From Gammaproteobacteria bacterium (GTDB lineage: Bacteria; Pseudomonadota; Gammaproteobacteria; Eutrophobiales; Eutrophobiaceae): a DNA stretch of 64,000 bases. How positions within the stretch are numbered: position 1 is the stretch's first letter; every line of letters begins with the position of its first letter. The DNA lies in contig JBLHKO010000001.1 of the NCBI GenBank assembly GCA_047620145.1, positions 9,007 to 73,006 on the forward strand, written 5' to 3'. Made by a program: the position numbers and the translations under genes. The notes under the pieces are model-generated. The model saw nothing but the letters and a program-made list of their open reading frames with translations, ran no database searches and was not told the origin of the DNA. Shown in pieces: positions 20,984-29,480 of this stretch.

Positions 20984-21783
20984 TGGCGACGACTAATAAA
21001 ACATCTGATGATTCAGTAGTCATCGCCGGAAAAGCATACACGTCAAGATTGCTCCTCGGAACAGGAAAGTATAAAGACATGGAAGAAACCAGACTTGCCA
21101 TTGAGGCGGGTGGTGCACAAATCATTACTGTAGCTATCCGTAGAACCAATATTGGCCAAAACCCGGATGAACCGAATTTATTGGATATCATTAGCCCCGA
21201 GAGATACACCCTTCTGCCGAATACCGCTGGATGCTATGACGCAGACTCGGCCATACGTACTTGCTTGCTTGCTCGAGAATTACTTGATGGCCATAAACTC
21301 GTCAAGCTTGAAGTACTAGGTGATGAGAAAACACTGTTTCCTGATGTCCCGGCAACTATCGTCGCTGCAGAAGCGCTTATCAAGGAAGGTTTTGATGTCA
21401 TGGTTTACACCAATGATGATCCTATTATGGCCAAACGCTTTGAGGATATGGGTTGTGTCGCAGTCATGCCACTAGCCGCACCTATCGGCTCAGGCCTCGG
21501 GATTAGGAATCCGTATAACATCCGAACCATCGTTGAAAATGCCTCCGTGCCCATTATTGTAGATGCCGGCGTTGGCACTGCCTCTGATGCTGCGATCGCC
21601 ATGGAGCTTGGCTGCGATGGTGTATTGATGAACACGGCTGTTGCTGAAGCCAAGAATCCTGTTTTGATGGCAAGTGCAATGAGGAAGGCAATTGAGGCGG
21701 GACGAGAAGCATTTTTAGCTGGCCGTATGCCGCGTCGCGCCTATGCCAGCGCATCCTCTCCCATTGATGGCACATTCTTCTGA
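20983..21783 (+). CDS. thiG: thiazole synthase
   Basis: 266 aa with [15 protein letters not shown] and [13 protein letters not shown] motifs. Confidence 0.95.
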   Translation: MATTNKTSDDSVVIAGKAYTSRLLLGTGKYKDMEETRLAIEAGGAQIITVAIRRTNIGQNPDEPNLLDIISPERYTLLPNTAGCYDADSAIRTCLLARELLDGHKLVKLEVLGDEKTLFPDVPATIVAAEALIKEGFDVMVYTNDDPIMAKRFEDMGCVAVMPLAAPIGSGLGIRNPYNIRTIVENASVPIIVDAGVGTASDAAIAMELGCDGVLMNTAVAEAKNPVLMASAMRKAIEAGREAFLAGRMPRRAYASASSPIDGTFF

Positions 21784-21820
21784 CTTGTAAAGCTACCCTC
21801 GGTGGATACGCAGTGCTGTT

Positions 21821-22513
21821 ATGACATCAGCATTAGATCAACATCGGCCGATACTGAGTTATGTGTTACGTGATGGTCGGATGACATCTACACAAAAGGA
21901 AGCACTTGAAACTTCCTGGCCTTTATATGGTATTGAATTTTGTAAGACTACGCTGGTTCTGAATAAAATATTTGGACGACAGGCTCCTATAATACTGGAA
22001 ATCGGATCGGGCATGGGTGATGCCACAGCCCAAATGGCAAGACAGCACAGGGAGAATGATTACTTGGCTGTTGAAGTGCATCGCCCTGGGATAGGCAGTC
22101 TGATACGCCGCATCGAAAAAGAAAAACTTTCAAATATTCGGCTTATCTCTCATGATATTGTGGATATTTTAAAATATCAGCTGCCTGAAAACAGCATTGA
22201 TTGCGTATATATCTTCTTCCCCGATCCCTGGCCCAAGAAAAAACATCATAAAAGACGTTTAATAAACACATCACTCTTACTTCTAATTAAACAGGTTTTG
22301 AAAAAACACGGTCGCCTGTTTATTGCAACTGACTGGGAAGATTACGCAGAACATATTATTGAGTTAATCAGTATTGAACCGAGCATCATTAATCTCGCAG
22401 GGGTCAAGCAGACAGCCCCTCGGCCTAGATGGCGTCCCATGACAAAATTTGAAAACAGAGGCTTAAAAAAAGGCCATCGCGTCTATGATTTTGCATTGGC
22501 TTTTAAATATTAA
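21821..22513 (+). CDS. trmB: tRNA (guanine46-N7)-methyltransferase
   Basis: 230 aa with EIGSGMG and FFPDPWPKKKHHKRR motifs. Conserved thiSG-trmB order. Confidence 0.93.
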   Translation: MTSALDQHRPILSYVLRDGRMTSTQKEALETSWPLYGIEFCKTTLVLNKIFGRQAPIILEIGSGMGDATAQMARQHRENDYLAVEVHRPGIGSLIRRIEKEKLSNIRLISHDIVDILKYQLPENSIDCVYIFFPDPWPKKKHHKRRLINTSLLLLIKQVLKKHGRLFIATDWEDYAEHIIELISIEPSIINLAGVKQTAPRPRWRPMTKFENRGLKKGHRVYDFALAFKY

Positions 22514-22516
22514 AAG

Positions 22517-23170
22517 CTAAGCAGAAAACAATTCCCTGAAGTCCCCCACATGAAAAATTTCGGTTGATGACCGTTCGGGTAAATGACTATCTGGTTTGGC
22601 AATGCTCAGTAAATGACGGATCCCATAATCTTCAGCAGCCTTTAAAACCGTCAAATTATCATCGATAAACAAGGTTCTCTCTTGACTGAACGCAATAGTA
22701 TTGGAAAGTGACTCCCAAAATGCATTATTTTCTTTCGGACTGCCTAATGCATGAGCAGAAATAATATGATCAAAGTATTTCTTGATGTCTGTTTTTTTCA
22801 ATTTCACGTCAAGAATTTTTTCATGCGCATTGGTAACTAACACAACATCTTTGCCCATATTATTCAACTTACGTAATAATTCTTCAGCATAAGGTCTAGT
22901 TTTAATTAAATGCTCAACATCTTGTTTGAGTGTAAGAATATCAATCCCCAACTCTTCAGACCAGTAATCCAGACAGTACCATGCCAAGGTTCCTTCGATA
23001 GCCTTGAATCTTGGAATTAGTGCAACTTTTGCGGAATTAATATCCATACCATGTAGTAATCCCCAACATTCAGGTAAATACTCTTGCCAAAAATAGTTAT
23101 CAAAATGGAGATCCAGCAAAGTGCCATCCATATCCAACATCACCGTCTCTATTTCGTTCCAATTAATCAT
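22517..23170 (-). CDS. HAD-superfamily hydrolase (YrfG-like nucleotidase)
   Basis: 217 aa with HAD motif I MLDMDGTLLD and later VTNA and IDDN motifs. Divergent from cysQ. Confidence 0.8.
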   Translation of the reverse strand: MINWNEIETVMLDMDGTLLDLHFDNYFWQEYLPECWGLLHGMDINSAKVALIPRFKAIEGTLAWYCLDYWSEELGIDILTLKQDVEHLIKTRPYAEELLRKLNNMGKDVVLVTNAHEKILDVKLKKTDIKKYFDHIISAHALGSPKENNAFWESLSNTIAFSQERTLFIDDNLTVLKAAEDYGIRHLLSIAKPDSHLPERSSTEIFHVGDFRELFSA

Positions 23171-23243
23171 TCAATTATTATGTCCAATTCAGATTCTCTA
23201 TTATCATACGCAACCACGACTCACATAATACCTATAAAAATAG

Positions 23244-24050
23244 ATGGAAATAAACCAAAAGCTAATAGAAGAAGTTTGTCAGATAGCCCATCAAGCCTCT
23301 GATTGTATTCTCGAGGTTTATGATACTGATTTCGCAGTTGAAAATAAGGAAGATCGTTCTCCTTTGACTGCTGCTGATTTGGCCGCACATAACGCGATCT
23401 GTACCGCACTCGCTGAGTTAACACCTGGGATACCGGTGCTATCTGAAGAATCCGCAGCATTACCTTTCGCTGAACGCCGACAGTGGTTACGTTACTGGTT
23501 GGTTGATCCTTTAGACGGCACGCGCGAATTCATCAAGCGTAATGGTGAATTCACTGTCAATATCGCATTGATTGAAAATCATCAAACTATAATGGGCGTA
23601 ATCACTGTGCCTGTCACAGGTGTGTGTTACTACGCAGCAAAATCTCTAGGAGCATTTAAAACAAATGCTCAGGGAATCACAGAATCAATTAAGGTTAAAA
23701 CATCTGAGTTCAATAATATCACCCTCGCGGGCAGCCGATCTCATGGTAGTGAAAAACAGACAGCTTTCATAGACAGCTTGGGTGGCGCAGAAGTCCTTGC
23801 CATCGGCAGCTCTTTAAAGTTTTGTCTCGTCGCAGAAGGCAACGCAGATATATATCCGAGATTTGGCTTAACCTCAGAATGGGATACCGCAGCAGCCCAA
23901 TGTATTGTTGAAGAGGCTGGAGGCTGTGTTGTTGATATGGACTTCAAGCCTATTCGATACAACACCAAAGAATCTTTACTTAATCCTGAATTTCTGGTGA
24001 TTGCCGATCAATCTTTCAACTGGAAAAAGTATATAGATGGAATAAAATAA
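23244..24050 (+). CDS. cysQ: 3'(2'),5'-bisphosphate nucleotidase
   Basis: 268 aa with inositol-monophosphatase family motifs LSEE, WLVDPLDGTREF and WDTAAA. Confidence 0.9.
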   Translation: MEINQKLIEEVCQIAHQASDCILEVYDTDFAVENKEDRSPLTAADLAAHNAICTALAELTPGIPVLSEESAALPFAERRQWLRYWLVDPLDGTREFIKRNGEFTVNIALIENHQTIMGVITVPVTGVCYYAAKSLGAFKTNAQGITESIKVKTSEFNNITLAGSRSHGSEKQTAFIDSLGGAEVLAIGSSLKFCLVAEGNADIYPRFGLTSEWDTAAAQCIVEEAGGCVVDMDFKPIRYNTKESLLNPEFLVIADQSFNWKKYIDGIK

Positions 24051-24074
24051 AACTGCCAACAGACTTAGTGTTGC

Positions 24075-24416
24075 CTACTCCTCTTCGGGAAGATCTTTAG
24101 GCAATGAATAAGGAGAAACGCTATCCAGACTAGACATATATATCAATCCCCCATGCGGTCTGTCTATCTTGGCCTCATCATAAATATATCCAAAAATCTC
24201 ATCCGCAGCTTCACTGGCAACGGTAACAGTTAAAATCTCTTTTTCGGATTGCTCACCAACCCCTCGATAAGCCAGTGGCGTCAATTTACCCAGTCCCCTT
24301 GCTGTGTTCACATTAGCAGTGATAATCCCTTTTTCTTCCTTGAGTAATTTAATCACGTTAAGACAAATACCTTTTGGTAATACGCATGTGATCAACTTTT
24401 GATTGTTGATGAACAT
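24075..24416 (-). CDS. PII-like signalling protein (second copy)
   Basis: 113 aa with a beta-alpha-beta PII-type pattern (LITCVLPKG..., T-loop-like ARGLGKLTPLAYRGVGEQ, GGLIYM). 1-nt overlap with the upstream gene. Confidence 0.7.
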   Translation of the reverse strand: MFINNQKLITCVLPKGICLNVIKLLKEEKGIITANVNTARGLGKLTPLAYRGVGEQSEKEILTVTVASEAADEIFGYIYDEAKIDRPHGGLIYMSSLDSVSPYSLPKDLPEEE

Positions 24417-24814
24417 TACCGTTCACTCGTCGCAGCCGTTTTGGCCTCTGTTTCTTCTATTTCCAGTTTTTCGGCAATTTCTCTGGGAATATAGGTCGCT
24501 GCTTTCTCTAATGGTGTGAGATAGATAAATCCCATGCCTGGAGTATCAAGGTTGCCAGCGATATACATCCTTTCAAATATTCTGTCTGCTTGATCTTTGG
24601 CAACGACGACATTGATGACTTCCTTATCTACTTCTACAGCCAGTGCAAGGATCCCCAAGCGCTCCCTGACCCCTTCCCCGCGCGCATAATAAACTGTTGC
24701 GCCTTGCGCACCGGCCTCCTGTGCGGCCTTGACAATGGTGTCAGCGAGACCTCTTTGCACAATACATGTGATTAACGAGACATCCGTTAAAACCGTTATT
24801 TCTCTTTTGCTCAT
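24416..24814 (-). CDS. PII-like signalling protein (first copy)
   Basis: 132 aa (LITCIVQRG..., ARGEGVRERLG, GMGFIYLTPL). ATGA overlap with the upstream membrane protein gene. Confidence 0.7.
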   Translation of the reverse strand: MSKREITVLTDVSLITCIVQRGLADTIVKAAQEAGAQGATVYYARGEGVRERLGILALAVEVDKEVINVVVAKDQADRIFERMYIAGNLDTPGMGFIYLTPLEKAATYIPREIAEKLEIEETEAKTAATSER

Positions 24815-26583
24815 ATGACTGCCTCCTCCACGCTATTGTCCGCATCATACGCAGCCTGATGTCTGCGCTTAATCTTCCACTGTACCCACAACCCGGTACA
24901 TAACACTGCAATGATTGGACAGATAGATGCCATAGATAAAATTCCGAAACCTTCAATTGAACCCATAGCATTACCAAAACCCAGCCCCATCGCCAGTACC
25001 AACGGCACTGTAACAGGCCCAGTTGTCACTCCAGCACTATCCCAGGCAATATTGACATACTCTTCGGTTGAGAGATAAGTCAACACCAATCCAAATACAT
25101 AACCTGGCAATAGCAAATAAGCGATAGGAATATCAAATACAAGTTTTAATACGCCTATCGCAATACCACAAGCAACGCCAAAGGACACTGAATACATCAA
25201 CATGGATTTTTTAAATGCACCATTGGTAAGATTTTCAACAGTTGCGCCCAATGCATTCAGTGCAGGTTCAGCGAGAGTAGCGCCCAAACCTAAAAACCAG
25301 GCAAACAAGGCGGCAATTGAAATGCCTAGTGTCAATGAATAAAGAGGAGAGTTGTCGACAAGTTCGATATTGGTAAAAGCTGCTGGCACCAGGCCGCCGG
25401 ATTGCCCTCCAAGTTTTGCCAAGCCATAACTCAAGCCGACATTAAAAACCACCATGCCAATGACACAGAGTGAGATGCCGTAAACTGTCATGGCTTTATT
25501 TTTTATTTTTTCATTAAGAATGAAATACAAAATAAAAATAAGGAACAACACCAAGGGCACAATTGCCCGTACTCCAAGAACTATCTCTTGCCATGGTGTT
25601 GATTCATACCATGCAAGTTCTTTGACGAACTCCGCAGCCTGACTGGCATTTGCAATAATCAAATCAACGGGTGTCGTTGAAGCAACATAAATAGCTAATA
25701 GCATCACACCAATGATTGGAAACAACGAAGCTAGTGTGACAATCCCAAATCCGGATAATGACGAGTGGCCTTTACCGGCAGAAGAAGCGATGCCTATGCC
25801 TAGAGCGAGAACCAAAGGAACCGTCACCGGACCAGTGGTCACTGCACCGCAATCCCATGCAAGGCCCAAAATCTTGTTCAATTCCGGATCTGACATAATA
25901 TAAAGCGTGAGACATAACGTTGGGATCATCGTTAAATAAATAAAAGGTTTCATACTCCAGCCATAAATAAACCGTAGCGTTCCAGCAACGGCGGCCAAAC
26001 CAACACCCATGCCCACAATTAACACCAGGACACCGGACCATTCATTTAGTAAGGCGTACAAATACGGCGCTTTTTCAACATCAACAATCGAGCCAGCAGT
26101 TTTTAATGCGCCAATCGCAGGCTCGGCAAAGGTCACGCCTATCCCCAATAAAAAAGTAACCGTAAGCACAACAGATAAAGACGATTTGGTGGGTAAGATT
26201 GTGCCTATCGTTTCACCGAAAGGCATCAACCCAACCTTTAAACCTTCCATGAATAGCATTAAGCCAATGATGACAGAGACCAGCCCGGCCGTTATCACCC
26301 AGGAATCTGTCAGATCTTGTCTTAAGATGAAGAGTTGGAATAAAACCAGATAGAGTGCTAAAGGTAACACTGCCTTTATTTGGTCATATAACCTGACGCT
26401 AACATAAGGTTGAACCAGTCTGTATATATCAATATTTCTTAAGGTTAACTTTGGCGGGTGATATGGAACATCGGCTCCATTCTCATCTTGCTTGATTTCA
26501 GGGGCGAGATCATTGTAACTGATCAACTTCTGTCGAACGGTAATCTCACGAATATAAGACCCAAATCGTATTTGTCTGTCCAC
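24811..26583 (-). CDS. polytopic membrane protein made of two DUF1538-type repeats
   Basis: 590 aa and highly hydrophobic. It is an internal duplication, with paired motifs FAEPAIGALK / LAEPALNALG and AWDCGAVTTGPVTVPLVLALGIG / AWDSAGVTTGPVTVPLVLAMGLG. Confidence 0.75.
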   Translation of the reverse strand: MDRQIRFGSYIREITVRQKLISYNDLAPEIKQDENGADVPYHPPKLTLRNIDIYRLVQPYVSVRLYDQIKAVLPLALYLVLFQLFILRQDLTDSWVITAGLVSVIIGLMLFMEGLKVGLMPFGETIGTILPTKSSLSVVLTVTFLLGIGVTFAEPAIGALKTAGSIVDVEKAPYLYALLNEWSGVLVLIVGMGVGLAAVAGTLRFIYGWSMKPFIYLTMIPTLCLTLYIMSDPELNKILGLAWDCGAVTTGPVTVPLVLALGIGIASSAGKGHSSLSGFGIVTLASLFPIIGVMLLAIYVASTTPVDLIIANASQAAEFVKELAWYESTPWQEIVLGVRAIVPLVLFLIFILYFILNEKIKNKAMTVYGISLCVIGMVVFNVGLSYGLAKLGGQSGGLVPAAFTNIELVDNSPLYSLTLGISIAALFAWFLGLGATLAEPALNALGATVENLTNGAFKKSMLMYSVSFGVACGIAIGVLKLVFDIPIAYLLLPGYVFGLVLTYLSTEEYVNIAWDSAGVTTGPVTVPLVLAMGLGFGNAMGSIEGFGILSMASICPIIAVLCTGLWVQWKIKRRHQAAYDADNSVEEAVI

Positions 26584-26717
26584 TTATCTATTGTCCTTTA
26601 ATTATCACGCCTATGAAAATAGATTAAACAGTTGAGTAATGCATTGATTATTATGATTCACCAGAAAAATTATACAGTGACATAGATCAAGTAAATAAAA
26701 AAATTACATCGAAAGCT

Positions 26718-27077
26718 TTAATACAAGATACATCCCCAGACCAGCAGTACATTAATCAACGCAATCAATACCGCGGCTGAACCAACGTCTTTTGCGCGCC
26801 CTGACAGCTCATGATGCTCTCCTCCAAATCGATCGACGACGGCTTCCATTCCTGAATTAATCAATTCTGCAATCAATACCAGTAAAATCACACTCACAAG
26901 CAATGCTCTTTCAACACCCGTTTGCCCAAGATAAAAACCCAAGGGCATCAGGATCAACGAAAGGTAGATTTCTTGTCTAAATGCCGCTTCATTTCTGAAG
27001 GCGGCCGTGAAACCTTGCATTGAAAAACCGAAGGCTTTGAATAATCGTTTGAAGCCTTTGGCTCCTTGTGAAGACAT
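26718..27077 (-). CDS. dgkA: diacylglycerol kinase
   Basis: 119 aa with three TM helices. N-terminal amphipathic GFKRLFKAFGFS and NSGMEAVVDR motifs. Confidence 0.9.
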   Translation of the reverse strand: MSSQGAKGFKRLFKAFGFSMQGFTAAFRNEAAFRQEIYLSLILMPLGFYLGQTGVERALLVSVILLVLIAELINSGMEAVVDRFGGEHHELSGRAKDVGSAAVLIALINVLLVWGCILY

Positions 27078-27100
27078 TAGTGTACTAAATTAATATTTTT

Positions 27101-27598
27101 TTATAATAAAGCCAAAGCTGCATTATAGTTTGGCTCGTCGGCAATTTCTGAAACTAACTCTGTATGTATCACCTTGTCATTTTCATCAATCACAACAATA
27201 GCGCGTGCGGTAATTCCTGCTAAAGGTCCGTCTTCTATAAGCACGCCATAATCTTTTGCAAATTTGCGTGAGCGCATCATTGAAAGTGAGATGACATTTT
27301 CAGTCCCTTCTGTCGAACAAAATCGTGACATGGCAAAAGGAAGATCGCCTGAGATCATCAAAAAAACAGTATCTTTTCTGCTCGCAGCAGAATCATTAAA
27401 CTTTTTTGTAGATAATGCACATGTGGGTGTATCAAGACTGGGGACAATATTTAATAGTTTCTTTTTTCCACTGTAATTCTCCAAACCAACATCAGCAAGT
27501 TCACTATTTACTAGCGAGAACGCAGGAGCCTGCTCACCAATTGCTGGCAACTCTCCGTTGGTATTTATTTCATTTCCATGCAAGGTTATTTTAGCCAT
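27101..27598 (-). CDS. tpx: thiol peroxidase
   Basis: The track ORF extends to 27664. ATG 27598 (MAKITLHGNEINT) follows GAGGAAACAGAA and matches typical Tpx N-termini. Peroxidatic Cys in PSLDTPTC. Confidence 0.92.
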   Translation of the reverse strand: MAKITLHGNEINTNGELPAIGEQAPAFSLVNSELADVGLENYSGKKKLLNIVPSLDTPTCALSTKKFNDSAASRKDTVFLMISGDLPFAMSRFCSTEGTENVISLSMMRSRKFAKDYGVLIEDGPLAGITARAIVVIDENDKVIHTELVSEIADEPNYNAALALL

Positions 27599-27854
27599 TT
27601 CTGTTTCCTCTATCCTCTCATAATCATTCTTATTGTCACAAAGTAGGTCTATGGTACTGCACAATCATCTGTTCATCTGTATTTGTCTCACCACCAATTA
27701 CATAATCATAATTGTTAGTTTACATTATGGACAACTATTAAAACAGATTGAGTACGCTCTATCTATCTGATTTTTATGGTGTTTGAATCTCTATGATTAT
27801 ATGATGGGCATTGCACCTTGATCACTAACAGTAAATATTTTTGAGGAGAACGCT

Positions 27855-28427
27855 ATGGACGTTACAAGCTTCATCGTAATCGGTGTTCTGGCCGCCGGGA
27901 TTTTCTACACCATCATGATTTATAACAATCTGGTGTCCCTGAAACACAATGTCTCCAAGGCCTGGGCGAATATAGATGTCTTACTTAAACAAAGACATGA
28001 CGAGCTGCCCAAACTTATCGAAACCTGTAAGCAGTACATGGGCTATGAACAGGATACGTTGGAAAAGGTCATCCAGGCGCGATCGGCTGTGTCTTCTGCC
28101 CGAGAGAAAGGCGATGTCGCAGCTTTAGGTCCTGCTGAAACTCAGCTTCGTATGGGATTAGGTAATCTTTTTGCACTGGCCGAAGCCTACCCAGACCTCA
28201 AAGCCAATGATAGCTTCCAGCAATTACAAGGAAGAATCTCTGGGCTTGAAAATGCGATTGCAGACAGACGCGAGTTCTATAATGAGAGCGTAAACAATAA
28301 TAATGTCCGCATTGAGCAATTTCCAGATGTCCTCATTGCCCGTAATTTCGGATTCGGCGCTAAGGAATTACTTGAGTTCAGTGAAGAAGAGACAAAAGAC
28401 GTCGATGTGAAAGAATTATTTAGCTAA
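27855..28427 (+). CDS. lemA: LemA family protein
   Basis: 190 aa with an N-terminal TM helix. The YNNLV..AWANIDVLLKQRHDELP..YPDLKAN pattern is typical of LemA. Confidence 0.88.
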   Translation: MDVTSFIVIGVLAAGIFYTIMIYNNLVSLKHNVSKAWANIDVLLKQRHDELPKLIETCKQYMGYEQDTLEKVIQARSAVSSAREKGDVAALGPAETQLRMGLGNLFALAEAYPDLKANDSFQQLQGRISGLENAIADRREFYNESVNNNNVRIEQFPDVLIARNFGFGAKELLEFSEEETKDVDVKELFS

Positions 28428-28432
28428 GTCAG

Positions 28433-29398
28433 ATGGGCACATTGCTAGCGTGCATGACGGCGCCTTCATCTAACTGGGTAACACAGACGCCTGCCGATGA
28501 TTTCTGGAAATTGTCCATCTTTCTGGTGGTTGCAGCGGTTGGTGGTTTTATTGGTGCCTTCTATTTCTTCCTCAGAAAACGCATTATCGAAGACACCCCT
28601 ACCTCAAAGGTATCTTCTGCAGCACAAGGTTATGTAGAACTTTCTGGTCATGGGAAATTGATGGAAGGTTCTACACTTTCTGGACCATTAACGGGGACAA
28701 CATGTACCTGGTATAGCTACACCATTGAGGAACATCGCAACTCAGGGAAAAATAGTCATTGGGCCACCATAGAAAAAGATACAAGTGAGAGTTTGTTTTT
28801 ATTAATTGATATAAGTGGAGAAATAGTCATTGACCCTGAAAATGCTAATGTGACACCAAGCATAAGCGACGTTTGGTACGGATACAGTCGCCATCCAGAA
28901 CTGAAAGGAGGCGGAGTAAGAAAAAAGAAGGGATTGTTTTCCTTCGGCATAGGCAGCTACCGCTATACTGAGAAACGTATGCACCCTGACGATCCTCTTT
29001 ATGCCATCGGACTTTTTAACACCGTTGGTGGTACAGGCACCGCATATGATGCCAACATCGATGTGGCGCATTTACTCAGAGAGTGGAAAACAAATAGTCA
29101 GCAACTTCTTGCCCGCTTTGATGAAAACAAAGATGGGCAGATCGATATGGAAGAATGGCAAAAAGTCAGAGCAGCTGCATTCAAACAAGTACAAAGCCAG
29201 CACGCGGAGCAAAAAGCCACCGCGCCTGTACACTTGCTCAGCAAGACCTGCGATCCCAGACGACCCTACTTACTCTCTGCACTACCGGAGTATGATCTGG
29301 TTAAACGTTATAGATGGTATTCCACCGGCCTACTCATAACATTTTTTATTGCCGGCACACTTGCCACGTGGATCATCGGTATAAGACTATCAACGTAG
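28433..29398 (+). CDS. GIDE-like membrane protein with an EF-hand
   Basis: 321 aa with TM helices near both termini. TPTSKVSSAAQGYVELSG...PLTGTTCTWYSY resembles bacterial GIDE-family proteins as I remember them. A canonical EF-hand loop DENKDGQIDMEE lies at 29120-29155. Confidence 0.6.
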   Translation: MGTLLACMTAPSSNWVTQTPADDFWKLSIFLVVAAVGGFIGAFYFFLRKRIIEDTPTSKVSSAAQGYVELSGHGKLMEGSTLSGPLTGTTCTWYSYTIEEHRNSGKNSHWATIEKDTSESLFLLIDISGEIVIDPENANVTPSISDVWYGYSRHPELKGGGVRKKKGLFSFGIGSYRYTEKRMHPDDPLYAIGLFNTVGGTGTAYDANIDVAHLLREWKTNSQQLLARFDENKDGQIDMEEWQKVRAAAFKQVQSQHAEQKATAPVHLLSKTCDPRRPYLLSALPEYDLVKRYRWYSTGLLITFFIAGTLATWIIGIRLST

Positions 29399-29480
29399 CA
29401 ATAATATCGCTTATGCAAATCATTCGTTACAATCCGGTGCTTATGACATCATCCCTAAAATTACATATGTGTTTAATTTA

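Noticed and set aside
27599-27664. N-terminal extensions offered by the track for tpx (to 27664), the SH3 protein (31510), the esterase (42021), the rhodanese protein (15939), prlC (29469) and uvrD (51667).
   Set aside because: In each case an internal ATG gives a better ribosome-binding site, a canonical family N-terminus, or both. The 31510 start would also overlap the prlC coding end.
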